IMG/VR virus record: IMGVR_UViG_2816332575_000002
Location: 32,001 to 96,000 of that record
Length of the DNA stretch: 64,000 nt
Origin: a virus
Lineage: Duplodnaviria; Caudoviricetes
Reading direction: 5' to 3' (one strand)
A program made the position numbers and the translations under genes. The first letter of the stretch is position 1, and every line of letters begins with the position of its first letter. Below the pieces are notes generated by a model. The model did not search any database and had not been told where the DNA came from. It saw only the letters and a list, made by a program, of their open reading frames with translations. Of the stretch, positions 36,298 through 45,865 are shown one piece after another.

Positions 36298-39018
36298 ATG
36301 GCTCAGTACGGGCTCGATTTCTACGCCCAGTCCCGATACGGCGTCGATGTCCGCGTCGAATACAGCGTCGAGCCCGTCACCGCGGAATCCGTCGCACCCC
36401 GCCAGATCCAGATCACCTGGTCCCCATCCCGCGAGGACTCCTGGACCCGGCTGCGTCTGGTGCGCAACCGGTTCGGCGTGCCCGGCGACGCCAACGACGG
36501 CGACGTGCTCTTCGAGAGCGCGCACGAGGGCCTGGTCGCCACCTACCTCGACACCGACCTGCTGCCCGGCCGCCCGTACTACTACGCGGTGTTCGTCTCC
36601 GTGCCCTACCCGGCCTGGTCGGTGGCAGCGTCCTACCAGGTCGGTGACTGCGTCACCTACGGCGGCGCCACCTACCTGTGCCAGCGCCCCGACACCGGCA
36701 GCACACCCGGCCCGGCCTCCGAGGTCTGGCGCGCGAGCACCAGCACCCTGGAGTGGGTCCGGGCCGGAACAGCAGGCGGCCTGTCCGTCGGCGACCACCG
36801 CTACGCCCAGCGCCTGTACTCTCTCCTGCCAGCTGCCTACCGCACCGCACCCCGCGAGATCACCACCGACAACGCCGGCACCAACCAGAGCCTGACCAAG
36901 TTCCTGACTGTCCTCGGCCTGCCCCTGGACACCCTCAAGTCGCAGATCAACCTGCTGACACGGCTGCACAACCAGTCCACCACCGCCAGTACGCACACCG
37001 AGCGCGCCGCCGCCATGCTCGGCCTTGAACAGCCCCTGTCCTCCCGGCCGCAACTCCGCCGCGCTCGGGTCGCCCACGCCAGCCGCACCGACCGCGCCAA
37101 GGGCACCGAAGCCGGCCTGCAACAGCTCATTCGCGACCTGACCGGCTGGGACTGCGACATTCGCACCAGCACCAACCTGCTGCCGGACCAGGACCAGTCG
37201 GGCCCGTGGCACCCGGCACTGACGCCGTGGTCGGCCGGCGTGCGCTACGCGGCGGGGGAGTACGTCACCTACGGCGCCCGCACCTACCGCGCACGGTCCT
37301 CGGCCCGCCGCATCGCCGCCCCCTCACTGCTGCCGCCCTCAGCCGTCCAGTCCCAGGGCAGCGTCCTCGCCGAGACCGACAAGCTCGGCACACGCGTCCT
37401 CGGAAAGGATTTCAAGAACGGCGACTCTGTCAGCCTCAAGCTCATCGTCGACACGGCTGCCACCTACGACATCGCCGTCCTGTACACCACCGCACCGAAC
37501 TACGGCACCTGGACCATCAGCCTCGACGGCGAAACGCTGCGCACCGTCGACGGCTACGCCCGCACCCAGTCGACCGCTACGGCCACCCTCGGCCGCCGCC
37601 AGCTGGGCCAGGGCGACCACATCGTCAGTTTCCGTAGCGTCGGCGCCAATGTCGCTTCCCGCGGCTGGCAGCTCGGTATCAACTCCTTCAGCCTCACCCC
37701 AACCGACCAGCGCCTGTCCTCGGTACCTCCGGCCGGGCATCCGGACAGCTCAACGTTCTGGGAGGAGGTCAGCGCGCCGCCGCGCGACTGGGGTCTGGAG
37801 ACTACCCCCGCCACGCTCGATCCCTCCACCTGGTGGCTGCGAGCCGACGACACCGCGGCCCGGACACCTCCCGGCACCCTCGGCAGTCAGAGCGCCGTCA
37901 CACCGGTCGACGGACCGCACAGCCAGTACGCCCAGGCCGCGCTCGCGGTCACCGCGCCACGCGCCGCCTCCTACACCCTTGCCTCCATCGCGCCGGCCCA
38001 GACCCGGCCGTGGGACGCTGCCACCGTCTACCGCGTCGGCCACCTGGTCACCCACCAGGGCAGCACCTGGGAGGCCCTGGCCACCTCCTCCGGGCAGACC
38101 CCGGGCCAGGCCAAGGATTTTTGGGCTCCCTCCCTGACCACTGCCGGCCAAGTGGTGCCCGACCCGGCGCTCGTCGCCTCCGGCGGCGTCCCCATCCCGC
38201 GTACCTACGCCTGGTCACCGGAACGCACCTACCAGCCCGGCGAGATCGTGTCCTACGGGCGCTCCCGCTTCGAGGCGATCACCACCACACAAGGCAACCG
38301 GCCGCCCAACGACCGACGAGACGCCGGAAGTTGGTCCTACGCCGGGCCGGATATAGAGCTGATCACTGCCTCGGCGCACGCCCGCTACGCCGACGGCACC
38401 AAAGTCAACAACGCGACCTGCGAGATTGCTTGGTACGACCAGGCCAGCCGCCCCCTGCCGCAGCTCACCGCCACGGCCGCCACCGCGGCAGTCGTCGTGC
38501 GTGACCGATTCGACGTGGGCCTCAGCACTTTGGCAGGCGCGGCCGTCGGTACATCCACCCAGCAATGGATCATCAGTGGCGGACAGTGGTCGGTCTCCGC
38601 CGGCGCACTGTACGCCACACCCACTCCTGCCGCCAACGGCACCTACCTGACCACTGCAATAACCACCGCGCCTCCCGGCCCCTTCAGCCTCTCAGCCACC
38701 GTCTTGTCCCGGCCCGCAGATCCAGGCGCCCTCCAAGGGCTCTGCTTCCACCAGAAAGCACCGCCCGGCGACTTCACCCTGGCCGCACGCGACGGGCTCT
38801 ACCGCATCCGCACGACCAGCGGCTACCAAGCCGACCTGCTGGCCGCCTACCCAACCCTGGCCGACGGCGACCGGCTGACCGTCACCTGCGACGGCGCACG
38901 CACCCTCGTCATCAAGAAGGCCACAGCCGACGGCCTGACCACCACCGACCTTGCGCGCTACACCTACCCTGCCGACCCGGTAGGCGGCTACGTGGGCCTC
39001 GCAGAGATCAAGAGGTGA
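36298..39018 (+). CDS. Baseplate gpI-like tail protein with multiple carbohydrate-binding modules
   Basis: 'KGTEAGLQQLIRDLTGW'; four WxxxxxYxxGxxV(T/S)(Y/H)xG (CBM5/12-like) motifs. Confidence 0.7.
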   Translation: MAQYGLDFYAQSRYGVDVRVEYSVEPVTAESVAPRQIQITWSPSREDSWTRLRLVRNRFGVPGDANDGDVLFESAHEGLVATYLDTDLLPGRPYYYAVFVSVPYPAWSVAASYQVGDCVTYGGATYLCQRPDTGSTPGPASEVWRASTSTLEWVRAGTAGGLSVGDHRYAQRLYSLLPAAYRTAPREITTDNAGTNQSLTKFLTVLGLPLDTLKSQINLLTRLHNQSTTASTHTERAAAMLGLEQPLSSRPQLRRARVAHASRTDRAKGTEAGLQQLIRDLTGWDCDIRTSTNLLPDQDQSGPWHPALTPWSAGVRYAAGEYVTYGARTYRARSSARRIAAPSLLPPSAVQSQGSVLAETDKLGTRVLGKDFKNGDSVSLKLIVDTAATYDIAVLYTTAPNYGTWTISLDGETLRTVDGYARTQSTATATLGRRQLGQGDHIVSFRSVGANVASRGWQLGINSFSLTPTDQRLSSVPPAGHPDSSTFWEEVSAPPRDWGLETTPATLDPSTWWLRADDTAARTPPGTLGSQSAVTPVDGPHSQYAQAALAVTAPRAASYTLASIAPAQTRPWDAATVYRVGHLVTHQGSTWEALATSSGQTPGQAKDFWAPSLTTAGQVVPDPALVASGGVPIPRTYAWSPERTYQPGEIVSYGRSRFEAITTTQGNRPPNDRRDAGSWSYAGPDIELITASAHARYADGTKVNNATCEIAWYDQASRPLPQLTATAATAAVVVRDRFDVGLSTLAGAAVGTSTQQWIISGGQWSVSAGALYATPTPAANGTYLTTAITTAPPGPFSLSATVLSRPADPGALQGLCFHQKAPPGDFTLAARDGLYRIRTTSGYQADLLAAYPTLADGDRLTVTCDGARTLVIKKATADGLTTTDLARYTYPADPVGGYVGLAEIKR

Positions 39019-39020
39019 CC

Positions 39021-40727
39021 ATGACCAGCATCGTGATCAACGACGAGGCGCTGCTCCAGCCCCACGCCGCAGCCCGACTCGCCTCACACCCGCCCGCTTT
39101 AGAAGGCGCGCTCGCCGTACCCGTCAGCGGCTCGGCTCGTGTCGTCTCCGGCGGCCCCGGCGCCGCCTACGCCGATTTCGGGATCACGCCGTACAACACC
39201 ACCGCCGACAGCACCCGCACGGCACGCATGGACCCGGCTGCTCTCCACGTCCTTTCCGCGGGCACCAGCGACGCCAACGCCGGCTGGCGCCGCAGTGAGA
39301 TCACCACGACGGTCCCTACCGCGGCCCGCTATGCCGAGGTGCGCCTTCGCCTGCCCTTACTGGCCCAGGGCGCCCAGGTCCAGGCAGGCTCGGTGATGGT
39401 CACCCGGCACGCCTCTGTCAATCTGCTGCCGCGCAACGCCGCCTATCACCTGACCTCCTGCTCCTACGCCGGCCAGGCATGCCGAACCGCCCTGTCCGCC
39501 GACCGCTCCCTCGTCGGCGCCCGCAGCCTGAAATGCGAGCCGACCGGCACCGACACGTGGGCCGGCCCGCAGCCCACCGCAGCGGCTCTGGCGCGCTTGG
39601 AGACCACGAGCAACCCGCTCATCGTCACGGGCTCCGTCACCAACGCCGCGGCGCGGCCGGGCGAGCTGCTGGCGCACTTCTACGACACGGACCAGAAGCT
39701 GCTCGCCACGATGACAGCTGCCACTTTCACCACGGACGGGGCCTGGGCCTGGTCGTCGTACCAAGGCATCGTCTCCCCGCCCGCCGGCGCCATCTACGCA
39801 GCCGTCACCCCACGTCTTCAGACCACCGACGTCTTCTATTGCGACGCTTTCGGCCTGCGCTACCAGGCCCTGCGACCCACCCGACCCGCACAGCCGTACC
39901 AGGCAGCCAGGCACCTGACCCTCGACCTGCGGGCCACCCGCGTCAACCTCGCCCGCAACCCCAGCTTCACCAAGGACGCAGCGGGCTGGCTCACCTATGT
40001 ACCCGGCACGCCTGACACCGCCGTCTCGGTCGGTTCCTCGGTCGGCCGCACCCGGCCAGGCGCCGCCGTCTTCTCCGCCAACGCAACCGCACCGGAAGCG
40101 CCTCCGGTCGGCACGCGCATCGGAATCGGCACCACCACCGGAACGCAGGAGACGGCCACCGCGCTGGAGATCGTCCGCCCCGGCCGACCGCACACCCTGT
40201 CGGTGTACGTCCGCGACGAGCCCACGAGCCTGCCCACGCGCCTGTACGTAGAAGTCACCAGCGACATCCCTGGCCAGGGCCTCGCCCGCACCCTGCTGCG
40301 CAGCGACACCACCACCGAGGTTCGGCAGACCCATCCCGAGCACACCGACGGCCCTTGGACGCGGCTTCACGTCACCTGGACTCCGCCGACCGGAGGCCAC
40401 CGCTGGACGACTGCCTGGATCGGCCCGGAGCCCGAGTCCTGGCGTCAGGGGAGCAGCAGCTCCTTCGCAGTTGACGACCTGCTCCTGGAGGAGGGCCCGC
40501 TGCGGGAGTACTTCGACGGCGCAGGCCCCGGAGGCAGCCAGCACCCCGACTACCTGTGGGAAGAATGGCGCACGGACGAACACGCCCGCTCGCACTACTA
40601 CCGAGAACGCCGCACGCTTCAGCGCCGTCTCGCCGAAATGCTGGCCGACCATATTCCGCTCGGAACGCCGTACGACCTGCGGTACGCAGCGCCACCCGGA
40701 AACACGGAAATCGGGGGAGAGCGTTGA
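39021..40727 (+). CDS. Tail/receptor-binding-associated protein (two TTA codons)
   Basis: 'RVNLARNPSF', 'YFDG', CBM4/9-like segments. Confidence 0.65.
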   Translation: MTSIVINDEALLQPHAAARLASHPPALEGALAVPVSGSARVVSGGPGAAYADFGITPYNTTADSTRTARMDPAALHVLSAGTSDANAGWRRSEITTTVPTAARYAEVRLRLPLLAQGAQVQAGSVMVTRHASVNLLPRNAAYHLTSCSYAGQACRTALSADRSLVGARSLKCEPTGTDTWAGPQPTAAALARLETTSNPLIVTGSVTNAAARPGELLAHFYDTDQKLLATMTAATFTTDGAWAWSSYQGIVSPPAGAIYAAVTPRLQTTDVFYCDAFGLRYQALRPTRPAQPYQAARHLTLDLRATRVNLARNPSFTKDAAGWLTYVPGTPDTAVSVGSSVGRTRPGAAVFSANATAPEAPPVGTRIGIGTTTGTQETATALEIVRPGRPHTLSVYVRDEPTSLPTRLYVEVTSDIPGQGLARTLLRSDTTTEVRQTHPEHTDGPWTRLHVTWTPPTGGHRWTTAWIGPEPESWRQGSSSSFAVDDLLLEEGPLREYFDGAGPGGSQHPDYLWEEWRTDEHARSHYYRERRTLQRRLAEMLADHIPLGTPYDLRYAAPPGNTEIGGER

Positions 40728-40756
40728 TTGTTGTGCGTCTGAGAGGCGACTAAAGT
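40728..40756 (+). promoter_or_regulatory. Sigma70/HrdB-type promoter for the replication module
   Basis: TTGTTG-N17-TAAAGT. Confidence 0.45.
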
Positions 40757-40790
40757 GTAAGCATCCACGAATACCACACTCAGGAGAATC

Positions 40791-41804
40791 ATGGCGCAGC
40801 GCACCGTGCTCGTTGCAGGCACCGGAAGTATCAAGAGGGATGCGGTCTACGAGAACCTGGCTGACTGGCTCGGATACAAAAAGGAGGACGACGATGAGTA
40901 CCAGCCGACCAGCCGGGCGACGCCGACAGAGTTCGTTTTCCTTGCGCATCCGGAGCTGACGACGAGAACGGTGCAGTACGTCTTCGACTGGACCGGTGCT
41001 GCGGAGATTGAATACGTCAGCTTCTACAGCGAAGCCGATGCCGATCACAAGAGCGTCGGGATCGTCAACAAGTACGCGCGCGCCAAATACCCTTGCGCCG
41101 ACATCGACGACATGCATGCGCAGGCAAGTCCCTTCCTCTCACGCTGCGATGGGGAAACGATCCTTCTGGTGCTCACGGACCCGTCGGAGACTGAAGGCAC
41201 GGACGCCGGGGTCGACCAGCTCATCGTCGATGTCGCCAAGCACGGCGTGACGGTGCTGGACCTGGGATGCGCTCTTCACGAATACCCGGTGCAAGCAGCC
41301 ATGGACCGCCTCACCGAGGAAAACTCGGAGGAGGAGTGTGATGAAGAGCCGGCCGAGGTGGAAGGCGCGCCGCAGCCCGAGTCTCTCGACATTCAAGAAG
41401 ACATCGCGGCGGCCCACCATGCTCAGTCGGCAACCAATGAGCCTTCCGCTCCGCTCCCCCTGGAACATCAGGTAGCCCGACTGGCGCGCACACTGGCTGA
41501 GTACATCAGCCTGACAGGGCCGACCTTCGGCGCTGACGAGGAACAGAGTGCCCTTGCCCTGCACGACATACAGGACACCTTGGCCTCCATCGAGAAGGAC
41601 CTGGCCGCAGACACTCCTGATTCGAAGGAAGAACTCGCCGCGGTACCGGAGAAGCGAGCCGCCAAGGGAAGCGTCGTCAAGCGAGGTTGGTACGACGACG
41701 AGGAGAAGGAGTGGAAGCCTGTGAAGGGGCGTCCGCGCAGGAACGTACAGATAGCGGATATCACCTGGAACGATACCGAAGGTAAGTGGGAGCCCGCCGT
41801 CTGA
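40791..41804 (+). CDS. Acidic hypothetical protein
   Basis: AGGAG RBS, 337 aa. Confidence 0.7.
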   Translation: MAQRTVLVAGTGSIKRDAVYENLADWLGYKKEDDDEYQPTSRATPTEFVFLAHPELTTRTVQYVFDWTGAAEIEYVSFYSEADADHKSVGIVNKYARAKYPCADIDDMHAQASPFLSRCDGETILLVLTDPSETEGTDAGVDQLIVDVAKHGVTVLDLGCALHEYPVQAAMDRLTEENSEEECDEEPAEVEGAPQPESLDIQEDIAAAHHAQSATNEPSAPLPLEHQVARLARTLAEYISLTGPTFGADEEQSALALHDIQDTLASIEKDLAADTPDSKEELAAVPEKRAAKGSVVKRGWYDDEEKEWKPVKGRPRRNVQIADITWNDTEGKWEPAV

Positions 41805-42380
41805 GGCAAATGGAAGGCCCCACACCAGCAGTGGGAGAGGAATGCTGGTGCGGGGCCTGATGGGATTGCCGGTTGGAGCCAGGCCGAGCCATCCCGAACA
41901 GTATAGGCAGGCGCATATCGCGAAGGCAATACCCGAAATTCCCTCGTGAAGGAACAACTAAAACAGGGCAGTTGGTGTGGGCTCCGTCACGATTGCGGAC
42001 GGAATGAAAACGGATCGCGGAATGTTTCTCTGGCCGTTACCCAACGCCTGGGTCACCGTTCCGGCAGGTCAGCCGTTTATCACGGCTGCGAAGCTGCCGT
42101 CTACTGCTCTATCGCTGAAGAACAACTCGCTATGAATAGTTGCTCCTGAGCTTGCGAAGGATGGGGCGAAGCCCCCGTCACCCACCGCCGTGCCGCAGGG
42201 GACGAAACTCTGTCGTCCGGCATCTTTCCGTCCACGGACGTGCCCGCCATCGCTGCGCCTTCGGCTTGCGAGCAAGTGAATACCAACAAAGCGAATGAGT
42301 TGGTGACGTCTTGGCGGGTGGGCCGGCGGGTGTTTACGTTTCCAAGGTCAGTTCCACTGCACCGGGAGAGACGGAAACCC
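41805..42380. other. Structured non-coding region, putative replication origin
   Basis: ~575 nt without a credible gene, several hairpins and GCGAAG motifs, upstream of the loader and helicase genes. Confidence 0.45.
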
Positions 42381-42908
42381 ATGACCTGGCAGCCACGGAG
42401 ACTCGAACCCAAGCCGCGGCGCAAGCAGCGCACCAACACTGAGGACGAACTCAACCCTTTGCGGGCGGTGCAGGAACAACTGTGGGAGCAGCCGGAACCT
42501 GAGCCTGTCAAGAAGGAGAAGCCGGTAGAGGAATGGAAGGCCAACGACCTCGTCAACTACTGGTCGAGGTGCATCTCCCGAGCCCGCTGGGCTGACCACC
42601 TCATCGGCCACACCAATCGAGGCGGCCTCGGCAAGACCTTCCGCGAGGCCCTCGACGCCGGGCACAGCCCGGCCGCCCTCAAGGCCAGCATCGACACCTT
42701 CTTCGGCACTCCCCGCTACCACGCAGCAACAAGGCCCTGGACGCTGTACCGCTCGGTCATCAACGAGCTGCTGCCCAAGGCCCCCACGCAGAGCCCTGAC
42801 CCGTGGGGCGGCGCCCAGCAGACCGAAGTGCCCCGCGAGATCACCGACAACTGGGCCGGGTACACGAAGAAGCCGGCCGACCCGTGGGCCGCGGCAGCGA
42901 ATCGATGA
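42381..42908 (+). CDS. Hypothetical protein, possible replication initiator partner
   Basis: GGAGAG RBS; coupled to the DnaC-like gene. Confidence 0.6.
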   Translation: MTWQPRRLEPKPRRKQRTNTEDELNPLRAVQEQLWEQPEPEPVKKEKPVEEWKANDLVNYWSRCISRARWADHLIGHTNRGGLGKTFREALDAGHSPAALKASIDTFFGTPRYHAATRPWTLYRSVINELLPKAPTQSPDPWGGAQQTEVPREITDNWAGYTKKPADPWAAAANR

Positions 42909-43570
42909 GGACAGCCAATTCCGCATACCGCTGGCGCCGAATGGGGTTGCCCGGCCGCACTTGGGGAGTTGGGCTCCCTCAGCTCGAAGACCCGCTCGAC
43001 GAGCTGGTCTCCTTCGTCCTGGACTGGGACTGCCGGTACGTGTCCCAGGCAACGCCCCTCGACGGTTTCCCTGCGGACAGGTCCCGCATTGGCCGCGGCG
43101 TGATGCTCTCCGGCGATCCCGGCCGCGGTAAGACCACGGAGGCGTGCGCAGCTCTGGTCAGCGTCTGCACCCGGTACAAGGTCGACGGGCATTTCATCCG
43201 CTTCAGCGACTACATCGAGGCGAAGACGCGGCACATCTCCACCTCGTCCAAGGTGGACAAGGGGCTCGGCGGCGAGCTGGCCCTGGCCGCGGTCGAGCGA
43301 TTCGAGGAGCTGGAAGCCCGGCTGTACTCCGTGCCCCTGCTCGTCCTGGACGACGTCGGCAAGGAGCACCGAACGGCCAGCGGATACGCGACCGGGCAGT
43401 TCACCACGCTGCTGCGCCACCGCTACGACGCCATGCTGCCGACCATCGTCACCACCAATCTCCGCGGCGGGGAATGGGCGGCCGTCTACGACGAGTCAGC
43501 CGCCTCCTTCGCGATGGAGGCATTCGACATCGTCTACGTCCGCGGGCCCGATTACCGCGCCGTCGCCTGA
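42905..43570 (+). CDS. DnaC/IstB-like AAA+ helicase loader
   Basis: Walker A GDPGRGKT; 'LLVLDDVGKE'; 'PTIVTTNL'. Confidence 0.88.
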   Translation: MRTANSAYRWRRMGLPGRTWGVGLPQLEDPLDELVSFVLDWDCRYVSQATPLDGFPADRSRIGRGVMLSGDPGRGKTTEACAALVSVCTRYKVDGHFIRFSDYIEAKTRHISTSSKVDKGLGGELALAAVERFEELEARLYSVPLLVLDDVGKEHRTASGYATGQFTTLLRHRYDAMLPTIVTTNLRGGEWAAVYDESAASFAMEAFDIVYVRGPDYRAVA

Positions 43571-43607
43571 ACTCCTCGCCACTGCTTACCACATCGGATG
43601 GACACCC

Positions 43608-44888
43608 TTGGCGCACGTCGAGCACAAGCTCATATCCAAGATCATCACGAGTGGCGACCTGCGCAGCGCCATCGCCGCCGGCATCAAGCCTCGCCACTTC
43701 CACGACCCAGACCGCCGCAGCGTCTACGCCTCCCTCCTCGCCTACCAGCAGGAGTACGGATGCGCCCCCACAGCCGACGTCCTGCGCAAGGACTACCCCA
43801 CTTTCAAGCTCCTCGATGTTGAAGAGCCGCTCGCCTACTTCATTGACTCCATCCGCGAGACGAAGAAACGTGCCCTCACAGAAAAGGGCCTGACCCTCGC
43901 CGCGGAAACGTGGGAAGAAGGCGACACCGAGGAAGCGCTGCGCCTGGTCCGCGAGATGCTCCAGACCATCGCGGACGACGTGCCGTCCGGCGTCGACTAC
44001 GACCTGGCCCAGACCGGCGACGAGCGCCTGGAGCGCTACCAGCAGTACGCGGAACTCGACGGCGAACTCCGCGGCCTGCCCACCGGTTTCGACTCGCTGG
44101 ACAAGGCGACCGGAGGGCTCCAGCCTGGGCAGCTTATTGTTCTCACGGGCCTCGCTAAATCCGGAAAGACGCAGCTCGCACTCACAGTGGCCCAGCACAT
44201 CAACTCGCTGGGCTACACCGTCCTCGTCTTCTCCTTCGAAATGGTCGCCTCCGAGCTGAGCGAACGCGTCGACGCCATCGCGGCGAAGGTGTCTCTGACC
44301 AAGCTCCGGTCCGGCGAGCTGGACAAGCTCGAATTCAAACGGCTGGAGAAGGCCATCCGCAAGATGGAGGAGGCCGCGACGCCCTTCGTCATCTCCGAGG
44401 ACGTCAAGGCCACCACCACGCTCGGCTCTATCCAGGCGAAGATCGACGAAGTCAAGCCCGACGTCGTCCTCATCGACGGCATCTACTTCCTCCGTGACGA
44501 AATCACGGGCGAGAAGATGACGAACGCGGCGCTCACCAACATCAGCCGAGGCAGCAAGCAACTCGCGCGGGCCTGCGCCATTCCCGTGATCGTCACCACG
44601 CAGTCCCTCCGGTCGAAGTTGGGGGCGGGCGGTCTGGCCGCCGGCAGTGTCGGCTACACCTCCGCCTTCGAGCAGGACTGCGATGGGCTGTTCGGCGTGG
44701 AAGCCACCGACGTACCAAAGGAGTCCAAACTCAAGATCATGGCCTCCCGGAACTGCCCCACCGATGAATTCCTCCTTGTATGGGATTACGAGACGTCGAC
44801 CTTCCAGGAGGCCAAGGTCGACTTCGGCTACGGGCAGGGGGATGATGATGCCGCGGACGACGAGTGGTTCGACCGCCGGGCGGCGTGA
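43608..44888 (+). CDS. dnaB: Replicative DNA helicase
   Basis: 'GLPTGFDSLDKATGGLQPGQL', GKT, 'FSFEM', 'FEQDCD'. Confidence 0.92.
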   Translation: MAHVEHKLISKIITSGDLRSAIAAGIKPRHFHDPDRRSVYASLLAYQQEYGCAPTADVLRKDYPTFKLLDVEEPLAYFIDSIRETKKRALTEKGLTLAAETWEEGDTEEALRLVREMLQTIADDVPSGVDYDLAQTGDERLERYQQYAELDGELRGLPTGFDSLDKATGGLQPGQLIVLTGLAKSGKTQLALTVAQHINSLGYTVLVFSFEMVASELSERVDAIAAKVSLTKLRSGELDKLEFKRLEKAIRKMEEAATPFVISEDVKATTTLGSIQAKIDEVKPDVVLIDGIYFLRDEITGEKMTNAALTNISRGSKQLARACAIPVIVTTQSLRSKLGAGGLAAGSVGYTSAFEQDCDGLFGVEATDVPKESKLKIMASRNCPTDEFLLVWDYETSTFQEAKVDFGYGQGDDDAADDEWFDRRAA

Positions 44889-45849
44889 CGATCTCATCCC
44901 CGGAGACGTACTGTCCGCCCTGGCCGACCTCGACGTAGAGATCCTTGGTGACGACGGAGATAACGTCCGCATCCGCTGCCCCGCCCACCTGTCGCGTACA
45001 GGCAAGGTTGACCGCCGGCCTTCCTGCTACGTGCACACCGGAAGCGGCCAGTTCATCTGCTTCTCCTGCGAGTGGGCAGGCTCCTTCGCACGCTTCGTGG
45101 CATTCATGCAGAGCACCGATTCGGCACACGCGAACGCCTGGATCGCCTCGAAGGGCACCATCGGCCGCGCCCTTCGGCTGCTCAAGGGTGACGGCCGTCA
45201 CCGCGAAGTTGAGCCGGGCGAGCCGGTGTCCGAGGCGCAGATGGTCCTGTTCACCACTCCGCCTGAAGCCGCTCGACGCAAGCGCGGCCTGACGCTCGAA
45301 GCCTGCGAGAAATTCGGGGTCCGATGGGACTTGACCCGCCGCTGCTGGATACTGCCCATCCGCACCGCGGAGGGCCAGTTGCTCGGGTGGCAGGAGAAGT
45401 CGAAGCGGCACTTCCGCAACTACCCCGATGGCGTCTCGAAGGGGGAGACACTCTTCGGTGCCCACATCGACTTCGACGGCCCTCTGGTGCTGGTGGAATC
45501 CCCTCTGGACGCCGTGCGGCTCTACTCCGCAGGAATCGAGGGTGGTAGAGCGACCTTCGGTGCTCACGTGTCGCGCGAGCAGATGAGCCTGGCTCTCGGT
45601 ACGGCGGACACCATCGTCCTCGCCCAGGACAACGACGCGGCCGGCCGGTCCGCCCGCGCCAAGCTCTACTACGCCTACCGCTGCAAAGGCAGCGTGCTCA
45701 AGTATTGGCATTACTTGGACACGGGGGCGAAAGACCCAGGCGAGATGACCGACGAAGAGATCCGGGCCTGCTATGAAGCCTCATACACGCCCCTCCGCCG
45801 ACGCCTCAAGCAATCCGCGGCATACCGAGTAACACAAGTCCAGAGCTAG
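44848..45849 (+). CDS. DNA primase (zinc finger + TOPRIM)
   Basis: 'CPAH..CFSC', 'LVESPLD', 'AQDNDAAG', 'KDPG'; start uncertain. Confidence 0.85.
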   Translation: MPRTTSGSTAGRRDDLIPGDVLSALADLDVEILGDDGDNVRIRCPAHLSRTGKVDRRPSCYVHTGSGQFICFSCEWAGSFARFVAFMQSTDSAHANAWIASKGTIGRALRLLKGDGRHREVEPGEPVSEAQMVLFTTPPEAARRKRGLTLEACEKFGVRWDLTRRCWILPIRTAEGQLLGWQEKSKRHFRNYPDGVSKGETLFGAHIDFDGPLVLVESPLDAVRLYSAGIEGGRATFGAHVSREQMSLALGTADTIVLAQDNDAAGRSARAKLYYAYRCKGSVLKYWHYLDTGAKDPGEMTDEEIRACYEASYTPLRRRLKQSAAYRVTQVQS

Positions 45850-45865
45850 GGGCGAGCCTTAGCGG

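Noticed and set aside
22208-40727. Stand-alone contractile injection system or tailocin
   Set aside because: Portal, scaffold, capsid and replication genes are linked in the same element
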